The notes below the pieces were generated by a model. That model worked only from the letters and a program-made list of their open reading frames with translations. It searched no databases and was not told the origin of the DNA. DNA of 64,000 nucleotides from NCBI GenBank assembly GCA_030390025.1, contig CM059432.1:152274001-152338000 (forward strand), read 5' to 3'. This stretch comes from Squalus acanthias (Eukaryota). Shown here piece after piece: positions 1 to 11,639 of this stretch (within the stretch, counting starts at the first letter, position 1; each line of letters opens with the position of its first letter). The position numbers and the translations under genes are program-made.

Positions 1-585
1 TCCAACAACTCTCCGTTCCCATAGTTACCTCTGGGGTCCCTCAACAATCTATCCTTGATACCATCATATTTCTATCCTTGATCTCTTATTTCACATCTAC
101 ATGCTGCCCTCAGAAACGTCATTTGAAAACATGCAAGGTTCAACATGTACACGATGACACTCAGCTCCACCTCATCACCTCTGTCGACCGCTCCACTGAT
201 TTGTCATGCTATAATATATGAGCAGAAATTTCCAATTAAATATTGGGAAGACTGCAGCCATCGTCTTTAGTCCCTGCCACAAACTGTTCCCTAGCCACCA
301 ACTCCATCCCTCTCCCTACCTCCAATTTTAAATTGCTCTACATTGTCAGCCGTGCCTTCAGCTGCCTAGGCCCAAAGCTCTAGAATTCCTTCCCTAAACC
401 TCTCTTGCTTCCTTTAAGACGCTCCTTAAAACCTACTTCTTTGACCAAGATTTTGTTCACCTGTCCTAAATATCTCCTTATGTAGCTTGGTGTCAATTTT
501 TTTTTGATAACGCTCCTGTGAAACGCTTTGGGACATTTTACTATATTAAAGGAGCGACATAAATGCAAGTTGTTGTTCTTGTTGC
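1..585 (+). mobile_element. Degenerate L2 LINE 3' end
   Basis: GGGGTCCCTCAA (GVPQ), GATGACACTCAGCTC (DDTQL), tail GTGAAACGCTTTGGGAC...ATAAATGCAAGTTGTTGTT. Confidence 0.7.
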
Positions 586-3500
586 ACGAAGAAATTTCTC
601 CTAACCTCTCTCCTCATTCCCAGTAGAATTTTAAATTGATGACCCCTTGTCATGAATTCCCCATGAAAACCCGTAATAATTTTTAAAACTTGTATTAAAT
701 CTCCTTTTAGCTTATTCTGTGCCAGTGGTAATAGTTTCTCAGCTCTGGTATCTCTACACTATATGCTTTCAATATCCTTTCTAAAATGGGGCACCCAAAA
801 CTGCAGTGCTCACACTGTGGTCTAACCATTGCCATGTACACATTTATGACTTCTTTGCTCATGTACTCATAAGCCCCTATTTATAAAACCCAAATGCTAT
901 TGACCCTTCCCTGCTCAACTACACTGCCAGTGTCTTTCCATTCAACGTGTAGTCCCATTCCCCGCTTTTCCTCCCAAAACACCTAATTTTTCCGCATTAA
1001 ATTGCACGTCACCTACCTGAATATCCCGCTAATCTAGGCCTTCTTACTGTTGGCCCAAGTTTCCGCTATTGGATTTGCAAATTCATATTTGTGCTTCCTA
1101 TGCTCAAATCATCTACATTGAAAACAAAAGTGGACCCAGCAATGACCTCTGGGGTAGTGTAACAAATATGAAGTAGTTCTTTCTTGTTTTGCCCCGACAG
1201 CTGTCCCTTTAAACTCCTGTACTGTGCCCGATTTAAAGACACCTGCCTGCAGTCTCAGCCATATTACATTTGTCACAAAGTTTGCCATTATTGTATCCTT
1301 GGCAACAGACTCAAGATCGAGTCAAGCACCAAATTTCAAATATGTACAGACTTCATGATTAACTCACTTATGAATAAAACAACCTGATCAACATGAGATT
1401 GGCAGTTATGAATTTCCGATGAGTCGCAGCAACAGGTCAAGAGGTATAAAAGGAGTTAATGGAGAGAAATCCTTTTGAGTGGGGTTGAATTCAAAAAAAT
1501 TAAATCTTCATGGAAAATTATGTAAATTTTAGCTAATTCCACAGCTGATAAATGAGACAAGGAGAGAAGGAGTTGGTATGTACAAGTAGAAGTTATTTAT
1601 AGAGGAACAGATTTGGCATACAGATGGTGACCTTTTATTGTTTTCTTCTCTAAGGAGACAGACAGAATACAGTTAGATTTTGCTTGTTCATTGTTTGATA
1701 AATTTCCTTAGTTCCTTAGAATGAGGTCTAATGTAATGTTTTATCATGTAAAAGGACTGGAGAGAGATCCTCTGTCAGTAGAAATAATTTCAGTAGTTTA
1801 TGAATAATTAACAAGCAGGGTTTTCTGTTTATTATCCCAGGCACATTACCAAAAATTTACATAAATAGTAAGGCTAGTGAAGACACAAAATTTCATAGGG
1901 AATTGGGACTCACCTATGACAGTGATCTAAGATATGAATACCCAAAAATCTAAAAGTCAAAAGATAGAAAAGACCTAAAAATGCAACAGATGCACCACTT
2001 TCAATCTAAGCAACAACGATTAACCCCAACGCTTTGTTTCCTGTCCACTAACCAACTTTCTATCTATGCTGCTACATTTCCTCATACCATAGGCCGACAT
2101 TTTTGTAACAAGCTCCTGTGAGACAGCTCATCAAATGCCTTCAGAAAATCTATGTATATTATATGTACTGAATTTCATTCATCTATACTAATCAGTCACC
2201 AAAATATTCTACTAAATTTGGTAAGCACAAGTTGTCTTGAAGAAATAGTTACTGGTTGCTGATTATTTTAGGCATATCCAAATGTTCATTAATTTGATCT
2301 TGAATTATTAATTGAAAGTTTGCCCGTAAATGGCATTAGACTAACTTTTGACAGTGATCAAATGAAATTCCACAATACTGATGCAATCTTGCAATTCACA
2401 TTCTTCAGCTCTGACCAGCATTCCATAGCTGATTTAACTACGATTTTAACAAAGGAACCATCATATTCCACAGATAAATTAATTATGATCAACGCAGTTC
2501 CAGGAGATCTGGGAGCCAGGTTTTAGTCAGTCAGTATGGCAGCACCAGAATTGGTGCCTCCTCTGCTGAAACCATTTGACCATCCCCACCTAGGATATGG
2601 AGATCTAATGCTATGGTTTAACTCTCACTCCTGTAGCAGAATGCCACAAAATTTGATGTGAAAGTTGCCTTGCAATGAGTACCTCCTGCATTTATAAACC
2701 TCAGTGATGGTGATGCGCATCAAGGTGTTCACTGATTTATTGCAGACTTATTCCTCAAGGATCAGTAGAGCTAATTACATTAAAATGCATGTGCAAAGAC
2801 AAATATGGCTGAGCCCACACATCTTGAAGATGGGCATCAGATGCTACATGAAAGGTTGACACAAGACAGCAGAGCTCAGACTTCATTTAACTAAATGCAT
2901 TTGCTTTTTTAGACCATCTAAAAGGAGCCGACTTCCTCTGGTTGGCACCAATGCTCTTGGTCAAGGGAGCATTCCTCTGGAACATTATGGTCTTGCATCA
3001 AGTATCATGTACATAGCTACCACCCCTCAACCTCAGGATGTACAAATAATAATGCCTCATTCTTGCCTCTTACATATAGGAAGACTCAAACAATGTGGTG
3101 TGAAGAAATGGAGTGGTATTCAAGACTAAATCCTGGCACCCATGAAGGTCAGATCCAGTGCTGGCTTAAGTTGGGGAACTCGATATGAAAGTAGCACAAC
3201 CATTTGTAGAAATTCAGGGTCTTCTTGTGACTGTGTCCAATATGGAGGAGGAGCTCAAATAAGGAAGTCATCCAGATTGGGCAGGGAGGAAGATATTGTA
3301 GTTGGAAAAGGGCTTTGGGCTGCTAAGTGCTGTGTGAATACTCTAGATGTTTCAGCGTCCAAATAGAAAAACTGTGCACTAGCAGCTTACTCCTTGTATA
3401 CTGAACCTCAATTATTTTTGGTCAGATTCTCGGTGTGAAGGCATGTGGCCCTAGGTTCACTGCTCAATCCCTTTAATACTGTACTGAAATCATTTATAGT

Positions 3501-3974
3501 TGCAATCTATTTTTCTTCAGAATGTTTGAGACCCTTAGGGCTATAATAGGTTGAAAATTTATGGCTTATTAAACAAACTAGCATAAAGAAATCCCTTGCC
3601 CAAGTGAACCCTCTCCATCGACTGGCAACGTACTCCTTGAATTGGCTCAATCAATTTTTGTCAGGTTTTCTGAAGGTATGCGCACCCTGAACCTCAAGGG
3701 TCAGGTTTCTTGGCAGCGGCCTTGAACAACTTGCCATGTGATCAATGACCCTCACTTGTGCAAAATGTCCAATGTGATACTTCACTGCCAATTATGTTAG
3801 TATTGGGAAAGGCAGCCAAACTGAGTCATGGGAGGAAGGATGTACAGAAAGCAGGCAAGGGCGCTTTCTTTCTTGGTTTGTTGCTCTCCTAATCTGGCTC
3901 ATTTGACCCTTCTACAAACTCCTCTAATGCTGTACAAGGGTGGTTAAATGAGTAGGCATAGGACAGGGTGTGCT

Positions 3975-4400
3975 AGGGCACTATTCTCCAATATGTTAGC
4001 CACTAGCCAGATGTGGCTAATTGGGAATACAGATGTGCCTAACTGCAGTTCTGGTTACTGAATAAAAACGGTGTAATAGCTACAGTCATTGGGCATATGA
4101 TCTCAATACTTGTATACGTCGTGCGAATACATGTATACTTTAACCTTTATGCGTTTTTTGGTAAAATCTTATAAAAAGCAGTGTGCAAATGTTTTTGATC
4201 AGTGCGAGTGCTTCACTTCCTTGCTTACTGAATGGTGATGGATGTTTGTACATAAATATACACGTGAAGGACATTTACCTGTATTCTGTAAGTGTATGCA
4301 AACAAGGCGCTTTCTGGTAAAATTAGTGCCTGTGGCTAAAACGGTGTTGCCATAGGCACACCTGAGGCTAATCAGCAATTTCTACTTGACAAAACTGCCA
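3975..4400. mobile_element. Old hAT-Charlie-like remnant (MER3/MER33-like motif)
   Basis: TCCAATATGTTAGCCACTAGCCAGATGTGGCTA resembles the recalled Charlie1-group subterminal motif; TGTGGCTAA recurs at 4331. Confidence 0.45.
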
Positions 4401-5289
4401 CACTGGGCATTACTTTGAGGCACTATTTTACTGCTAAAAACTCTCCAGCACTTTTTTGTCCTGCTCCTGTAAATATATTTCTCCAAAAGCATCGCACTTG
4501 CAGGTCAAATGGGAATCTTGATATTGTCATCCAACCATGTCTGCAAATCAAAATTCTTTGGCTGCAGACTGCACCATATTAAGTGCACCAGGTGTAGACT
4601 GTTGAAAATGTTTTGCAGACTGTATTATATTGTCCATGGCAGCAAGAGAGCTGTCCTTAACTGTACTGAGCCACGTTTGTGCCACGAGTGCACAAGGGTT
4701 TTGTAAACTGCAAGTCTTATTGGAATATATTATGCAACCTTCTGTTCTTTTTCTGGGGACAGAGGTCTACTCTGGATGAATGAGGCTTGGTCAGCATATA
4801 GAATAGCACCAAGAAAACCACAACAGCTAGAGTGGAAAGGATTGTCTGTGGCTAAAAGGGACTCATCATCATGTCTAATTATCACTAGTGGAAAGTGATC
4901 TATGTTTTCTCAAATTGCCTTGATGGATGGCCACACAAGCTGGGGAAACAAAAGTAGGAGAAATTTGCCCAGTTATTAAATTGTGGTGATTTTCTGAGAT
5001 ATAGAATACTAGTTCAGAGATAAAGCAGGTATTGAAAGAAAATAAATCTGATTGGGATACAGAATGTGGCTAGTTTAACCATTATCTTCCTTCTCATTAT
5101 TTGCATTTGAAAAATCAAGTTCTCTTCCAACATTTCAGATTCTTAAATCTATCGAAGTTGGTTCATAAAATACTAGTTAATGATAATGACATGGGAGTTC
5201 ACACTTGAGTCACATGGCTTTTATTCCAGTGCCACTCAGCATCAGTGAATTCAGAATCTGAAGGTTATAAAGTTTTATGGTTTGAGTTA

Positions 5290-5605
5290 GAGAAAACAAT
5301 GGGAAGGTGGGAGAAGGGGGAGGTGATAGGGACGAGAAGAGAGCAAGAGGAAAGGAAGGAAACATAAGGATGGGGGCAGGACAGGGTAGTGGATGATGAG
5401 AAGACAGAGCAGAAACTCCAGAAACAAAGAAGAGGGAAAATCAGAATTGGGGAGAGTACAGCAGAGAGAAGCAATAAATAGCAAGGTAGCAGGCGAGAAG
5501 AGCACAAGGAAAGGGAAAGAGGCACACAAAAGGGATGGAGGTGAGAGAAAGAGACTAAGACACAGAAAAGAAGGAAGCGAGAGAGAGAAAAAGAGGTAAG
5601 GGGTG
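5290..5605. repeat. GA-rich low-complexity tract
   Basis: Strong purine bias on the + strand; generates spurious ORFs on both strands. Confidence 0.7.
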
Positions 5606-7837
5606 AGGTTATTATGTAGGGGCCATTTGAAAGTAGTGAGCTCGCAGCAGTAGTTATAATGCTGGCTCCACACTTTCAAGTCAGCAAAGACCACATGCAT
5701 GCTTGAATCGACACACACAGCTCTGCTGAATAGTAATCAAATTGCAGTGACAATTTTTAGGTTAGTAAAAAGCCAGTGGGATAGGCAACTTGACAAACAT
5801 TAAAAACAAAGGCAGAACAGCAAACAGCCAGGGAACTTTTGAAATTTTAAAAAGTTTGCTTTGCAGACAACTTTCTCAAAGTGGTGTACCACCAGTTTAG
5901 CTGCAACCACAATGCAGACCGAATAATTACAAACCCAGAACAACTTCACACCACCACAAAACGTGCAATATAACTGGCCTATTTGTCAACTTAATGCCAG
6001 CACCTTTGTCAGCAATAATGCTTAATTCCCCACTGATCTAGCTCTTAATTGTTCAGATGACAAAATATGATGGTCTGATATTTGAAACACTGCAAGGTTT
6101 AAAGCCCAAAAAGGACCAGTTACAGCCCACTCAATTAACATGAATATGTACAAGTACAACAGTCTTTTTTAACACTGATCATATACTTTAGTCCCAGTGA
6201 GATGCCTTTGAAAAATGTTGAAGCTGGATGAGAATTTTTCTACCATTCTGCTGTGAAATCTATTCTATATTTAGAGTGTTCTAACAGCAGCTGAATTCAG
6301 CATAGGTTTTATGCCACACCAACAATTACGCATACATTCACAGTAGTGACCCAATTTTTTTTTTAATGTATTTTCCCTTGAGTACTAACTGTTTTTCCAC
6401 AGTATTTTTCTCTTCTGTTCATAGTGGTGTGTAGTTCTAACAATTAACCAGCTACTTAAAAGAAAACACCAGCTACATAAAAACAGTTACACAAAATACA
6501 CTGGACAACACATATACTTACCTTGACTTCAGGATACTTACTAAACTATATGTTCAAATAAGTAGACTCAACTGTGAACCACCATATGGTAATTTAACAA
6601 GTGCTGAAGAGATCAAGTCCAACAGTAACACATAAAACCCTTTTGGTTGCAGACTCTAATCTCAAGAACAAATGGAAAAAGAAAAGGCAATCTGGACAAC
6701 TGGACCCATCCTTTCTACAGATCATTTAATAATGACACTTGCATTTACGTAACGCCTTATCACATGGAAACGGCTCGAGCACTTCACACGATTAATTACT
6801 TTTGGAATACAGCGACTGTTATGTAAGCATTAAAAGCTTCATCTGTCGTGGACTCTATCCAATTTACTTAATCACATGAGGGAGGTAACTAAGCACTGTT
6901 AATATTTCTGAGATTAAGCTTGGTGAAATCTCTCTGACCAACAAAAGTAATCTACTGAAACTCCAGGATATTAAGCCAATATAACAACATACGTTAGAGA
7001 GATTAAAAACAAATTGCTGGGAAATATTATGCAGAATTTATTTCTATGGTCCCACCAGAACATTAACAATCATGTTTCAGACAGTATTTGATTGTCCACA
7101 TCTAATCTTATACTTTTAAACTTCAGCCCTGTTCTTGAATATTTATCTAGCTCTTTTTCCTAAAGACATTAATAGACAAAACCTTGAGTGCTTTTTCCTC
7201 AGAGTTCATTCCAAATATCTACTCTTCTGTGGGAAAAAAAGATTCTAACCTCTAGTCTCATTTGAGGCACATTAATTGAGGACTTGTCTGTTCTAAAAGA
7301 AATTGAAGGATATAAAAGTTCACAGGGAAAGATTGGCTTCCTTCTGTGCTATAATTTCTGATTCTGCAATCATAGCCAAAGTTATATCACCTTCTATCTA
7401 TATTATCTAAGCCACTCCATACTTTAAACAAACTGAGATCAGTGGTGTTTCTCAGGAGCAGTCCAGGACCTGGAGTATGGTTTCTGATGTTTATTGCAGT
7501 CCCCATGGAACCTAAATACAAAATTGCTTTGCCCAGTTCTGTGATATAGCAAATTTACTAAATCAATATGACATGACTGATAAGGTGTGTAGCATTTTTG
7601 CCTCAAGAATGCTGAAAGTTACAAGGCTTGACAGATATATTTGTAACACTTTAACCTACCACTTTACAAAACTTAAGATGCAAACAATGTTGTTCTTTCC
7701 TTTCCAATTATGATATATATTTTTTGTCCTACATCTTGCAATTAATTTTTGCTTAACATGCTTTGATTAAGATGCAAGTACCTTCATTTCTGTCCCCCTT
7801 CCCAACAGCATTTTTTTCAGTTACTTACATGATTATA

Positions 7838-10429
7838 CTGCAGAGATGCAAGAAAGCAGACAAGATTCCGAAAGGACTACAGATCACGAACCCACTCAAG
7901 TTGACATACAACACAGACTACGCTGAGAGACTTTGCCGTCGTACCTCTCGCACACTCCTCAACCATCTCGTACACCAGCTCTACAGCAGACGTCGCAACC
8001 TCGAAACCAAGATAGAGTCCATGCTCTCAGCCTGTGCTCAGGACACAGCAGACCAGCTACGAGACACCGCCAAACAGACGAGGCAACGGAACTACGCTGC
8101 CTACATGCGCATCAAGAACAGGAAGCTTGAGAAACTCGGCGTAACCACCAGCTACAACCAAGCCTCCCCCGGTACCACGGTTGCAACCACAGGGAAGTCC
8201 ATCGTCAACCTGTCGGACCACACCCTTCAACCAGACGAAATCGAAGTTCTCGCCCTAGGGCTCAAGTTCTGCCCCACCACCAAAATGGACCCCATCGGTC
8301 TCGCGGCGGACACAGAAGAATTCATCAGGAGAATGAGGATCCGGGAATACTACCACAAATCCCAAGATGTCAGCAACATTCCTAATGGGACAATCAATGA
8401 TCCGGAACAGCAGACAGAGGGAACCGCAGTGCTACAACCGAGGAAGAAAGAGTCAAATTGGACCTCTCCGGAGGGTCGCAACCCTAAGCTTGACATGTAT
8501 GCTCAAGCTGTCAGGAAATGCATCAACGCCAGATTCATCAGCCGTACTCACAAGACAGTCCAGAATGTCACCCGAGCACAACGCAACGCCATCCACGCAC
8601 TCAAGACCAACCGCAACATCGTCATCAAACCAGCGGACAAAGGAGGAGCCATCGTCATACAGAACAGAACGGACTATTGCAAAGAAGCATACCGACAACT
8701 GGACAACCAGGAACACTACAGACAGCTACCCGCAGATCCGACCAAAGAACACACCCGTCAACTCAATAGACTGATCAAGACCTTCGATCCAGACCTTCAA
8801 AACATCCTACGCGCTCTCATCCCACGTACTCCCCGCGTAGGAGACTTTTACTGCCTCCCAAAGATACACAAAGCCAACACACCCGGACGTCCTATCGTAT
8901 CAGGCAACGGAACCCTGTGTGAGAACCTCTCTGGGTACGTCAAGGGCATCCTGAAACCTATCGTACAGGGAACCCCCAGCTTCTGTCGCGACACTTCAGA
9001 CTTCTTGCAGAAACTCAGCACCCATGGACCAGTTGAACCAGGAACACTCCTCGTCACAATGGACGTATCAGCACTCTACACCAATATCCCCCACAATGAC
9101 GGCATCGCTGCGACAGCCTCAGTACTCAACACCAACAACAGCCAATCTCCGGACGCCATCCTACAACTCATCCGCTTCATCCTTGACCACAATGTCTTCA
9201 CCTTCGACAACCATTTTTTCACCCAAACACACGGAACAGCCATGGGGACCAAATTCGCACCCCAATACGCCAACATCTTCATGCACAAGTTCGAGCAAGA
9301 CTTCTTCGCTGCACAGGACCTCCAACCAACGCTGTACACCAGATACATCGACGACATCTTCTTCCTTTGGACCCACGGCGAAGGATCACTGAAAGGACTA
9401 CACGATAGCATCAACAGGTTCCATCCCACCATCAAACTCACCATGGACTACTCCTCAGAATCGGTTTCATTCCTGGACACACGAATCTCCATCAAAGACG
9501 GACGCCTCAGCACTTCACTCTACCGCAAGCCCACGGACAACCTCACGATGCTCCACTTCTCCAGCTTCCACCCTAACCACGTTAAAGAAGCCATCCCCTA
9601 TGTACAAGCCCTGCGAATACACAGGATCTGCTCAGACGAGGAGGAACGCGATGGACACCTACGGACACTGAAAGACGCCCTCATAAGAACGGGATATGAC
9701 GCTCGACTCGTCGATCGACAGTTCCGACGGGCCACAGCGAAAAACCGCATAGACCTCCTCAGAAGACGAACACGGGACACAACCAACAGAGTACCCTACA
9801 TCGTCCAGTACTTCCCCGGAGCGGAAAAACTACGCCATGTTCTTCGCAGCCTTCAACATGTCATCGATGACGACGAACACCTTGCTAAGGCCATCCCCAC
9901 GCCTCCACTACTCGCCTTCAAGCAGCCGCCTAACCTCAAAAGTACCATCGTTCGCAGCAGATTACCCATCTTTCAGGAGAACAGCAACCAAGACACCACA
10001 CAACCCTGCCACGGCAACCTCTGCAAGACATGCCAAATCATGGACACAGATACCATCATTACACGTGAGGACACTACCCACCAGGTACACGGTACATACT
10101 CATGTGACTCGGCCAACGTTGTCTACCTGATACGTTGCAGTAAAGGATGCTCCAGAGCATGGTACATCGGCGAGACCATGCAGACACTGAGACAACGTAT
10201 GAACGGACACCGCGCAACAATCGCCAGGCAGGAGGGTTGCCTCCCAGTCGGGGAACACTTCAGCAGCCAGGGGCATTCAGCCTCGGACCGGCAGGTAAGC
10301 GTTCTCCAAGGCGGCCTTCGAGATACACGACAGCGCAAAATCATAGAGCAGAAACTGATAGCCAAGTTCCGCACTCATGAGGATGGCCTCAATCGCGATA
10401 TCGGGTTCATGTCACGATACAGAACGTGA
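7838..10429 (+). CDS. PLE reverse transcriptase / GIY-YIG endonuclease (uninterrupted, N-terminally truncated)
   Basis: Motifs IKPADKGGAIVI, LPKIHK, RPIVS, DVSALYTNIP, GTAMG, RYIDD, FLD, LYRKPT; Cys linker PCHGNLCKTC; VVYLIRC...WYIGET...R.NGH...EH...GLN. The first ~25 aa of the 7763 ORF call are flanking DNA. Confidence 0.9.
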   Translation: MQRCKKADKIPKGLQITNPLKLTYNTDYAERLCRRTSRTLLNHLVHQLYSRRRNLETKIESMLSACAQDTADQLRDTAKQTRQRNYAAYMRIKNRKLEKLGVTTSYNQASPGTTVATTGKSIVNLSDHTLQPDEIEVLALGLKFCPTTKMDPIGLAADTEEFIRRMRIREYYHKSQDVSNIPNGTINDPEQQTEGTAVLQPRKKESNWTSPEGRNPKLDMYAQAVRKCINARFISRTHKTVQNVTRAQRNAIHALKTNRNIVIKPADKGGAIVIQNRTDYCKEAYRQLDNQEHYRQLPADPTKEHTRQLNRLIKTFDPDLQNILRALIPRTPRVGDFYCLPKIHKANTPGRPIVSGNGTLCENLSGYVKGILKPIVQGTPSFCRDTSDFLQKLSTHGPVEPGTLLVTMDVSALYTNIPHNDGIAATASVLNTNNSQSPDAILQLIRFILDHNVFTFDNHFFTQTHGTAMGTKFAPQYANIFMHKFEQDFFAAQDLQPTLYTRYIDDIFFLWTHGEGSLKGLHDSINRFHPTIKLTMDYSSESVSFLDTRISIKDGRLSTSLYRKPTDNLTMLHFSSFHPNHVKEAIPYVQALRIHRICSDEEERDGHLRTLKDALIRTGYDARLVDRQFRRATAKNRIDLLRRRTRDTTNRVPYIVQYFPGAEKLRHVLRSLQHVIDDDEHLAKAIPTPPLLAFKQPPNLKSTIVRSRLPIFQENSNQDTTQPCHGNLCKTCQIMDTDTIITREDTTHQVHGTYSCDSANVVYLIRCSKGCSRAWYIGETMQTLRQRMNGHRATIARQEGCLPVGEHFSSQGHSASDRQVSVLQGGLRDTRQRKIIEQKLIAKFRTHEDGLNRDIGFMSRYRT

Positions 10430-10648
10430 CTTGACATCATGGCCGGTCTTCCCAGGTGTTTTTTTTAAAAAAAAGACTAACACAAGAACACAAATTGACA
10501 GGATATGCAGCCAGCAGGTGGTTTGACACGTTGGACCCCCTGGGACACATCTCATTGTCTTGGCTGTGCTCTTTGTTGTAGGGAATAATGTGAATAGATT
10601 TTGTCTGGGTTTAAATTGTGAATTCTGGGAGATTCTCTCATTGCTAAC

Positions 10649-10687
10649 TTACCTGACGAAGGAGCGAACTGCTTCGAAAGCTTGTAA
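10649..10687 (+). ncRNA. Minimal type I hammerhead ribozyme in PLE terminal repeat
   Basis: TTAC-CTGACGA-A-GGAGC-gaact-GCTTC-GAAA-GC-TT-GTAA. Both core boxes are intact, stem I is TTAC/GTAA, stem II is GGAGC/GCTTC, and stem III is the palindrome AAGCTT. Confidence 0.85.
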
Positions 10688-10804
10688 AATTAAATAAATC
10701 TGTTGGACTATAACCTGGTGTTGTGCGACTTCTCATTTTTGTCCACCCCAGTCCAACGCCGGCATCTCCACATCATTACATGATTATAAAAGGGTATTTT
10801 TTTT

Positions 10805-10925
10805 CTCCCCATTGTGGATCTGTAGCTTTTGCTGAAGCGGTCATTTGTATAGCACTGCATCAGGAAAGGTTTTCCCATTGCTGTGTTTCCAATGACCAGC
10901 ACCCTAAACAGATGGGCTTCACCAT
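10805..10925 (-). pseudogene. RAB29: Decayed RAB29 (RAB7L1)/RAB32-subfamily first coding exon fragment
   Basis: HLFRVLVIGNTAMGKPFLMQCYTNDRFSKSYRSTMG aligns without gaps to the recalled RAB29 N-terminus HLFKVLVVGDAAVGKTSLVQRYSQDSFSKHYKSTVG. P-loop GKT is changed to GKP, the nearest ATG is out of frame, and there is no GT donor at the expected boundary. Confidence 0.7.
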
Positions 10926-11029
10926 TTCTGGGCCTGAGTGATTGACTCCACCCATAATTTCTAAACTCTGCATCAAAGCACCTCACAACCATCATCCCCA
11001 ATTTTCCAGCCTGATCATGATTTGGCATG

Positions 11030-11260
11030 GGCTGATGTTCAAATCCCACCATGGCAGCTGGGGAATTTAAATTGAGTTAATTAAATAAATCTGGAATAAA
11101 AAGCGGTCAGTAATAGTGACCATGAAACTACCGGATTGTCGTAAAAACCCATCTGGTTCACTAATGTCCTTTAGGGAAGGAAATCTGCCATCCTTACCTG
11201 GTCTGGCCTGTATGTGACGCCAGACCCACAGCAATGTGGTTAAATCTTAACTGCCCTCTT
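11030..11260 (+). mobile_element. tRNA-derived SINE fragment (same family as 44855-45115)
   Basis: B-box-like GTTCAAATCC, then a core GGTTCACTAATGTCCTTTAGGGAAGGAAA...CTGGTCTGGCCT...CTTAACTGCCCTCT shared with the second copy. Confidence 0.7.
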
Positions 11261-11414
11261 TCAGGTAAGTTTGCATTTAAGCTTTTGGACTGGATTTCTT
11301 TTTTTTATTGAAGTAGTGGCTTGGTGCAATACATATTAAGTTTTTTTTTAAGTATGCAGGGAATGCTGCTGGATGCTTGCAATGCCTCGGATGGTAAAGG
11401 AAGGCCTCCGAGAA

Positions 11415-11548
11415 GACAGAAAATGCTGGAAATACTCAAGTCAGGCAGCATCCGTGGAGAAACAGTTCACGTCTCAGGTAGAGATGCTGCATGACCTGCT
11501 GAGTATTTCCAGCATTTTCTGCTTTTAGTTCAGATTTACAGCATCTGC
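11415..11548. repeat. Hairpin made of two inverted PLE terminal-repeat ends
   Basis: CAGAAAATGCTGGAAATACTCA...GCAGCATC paired with GATGCTGC...TGAGTATTTCCAGCATTTTCTG; same sequence as the ends of the 16219-18222 element. Confidence 0.75.
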
Positions 11549-11639
11549 TCAGAGGAAAGAGGAAGACGCAGAAGAAAGGAAGCAACCCAGACAGCCCCTT
11601 TCTGGCTGGGATATTCGGGATGGAATCATCCGCCTGCAG

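Larger units (their letters stand above)
7838..10775 (+). mobile_element. Penelope-like retroelement (probably Neptune clade), 5'-truncated, young
   Basis: Flanked by a perfect 13-bp TSD TTACATGATTATA (7825-7837 and 10776-10788). Contains an RT + GIY-YIG ORF and a 3' region with a hammerhead motif followed by AATAAA. Confidence 0.93.

Noticed and set aside
5265..5718. Hydrophobic and charged ORFs on opposite strands
   Set aside because: Artefacts of the GA-rich low-complexity tract.
5625..5720. QHYNYCCELTTF, weakly like an FBXL2 LRR (HIQNYCHEL)
   Set aside because: No suitable splice sites and the similarity is too short.
7763..7837. N-terminus of the 888-aa ORF
   Set aside because: Lies outside the element (flank plus left TSD) and starts at TTG; chance read-through from flanking DNA.
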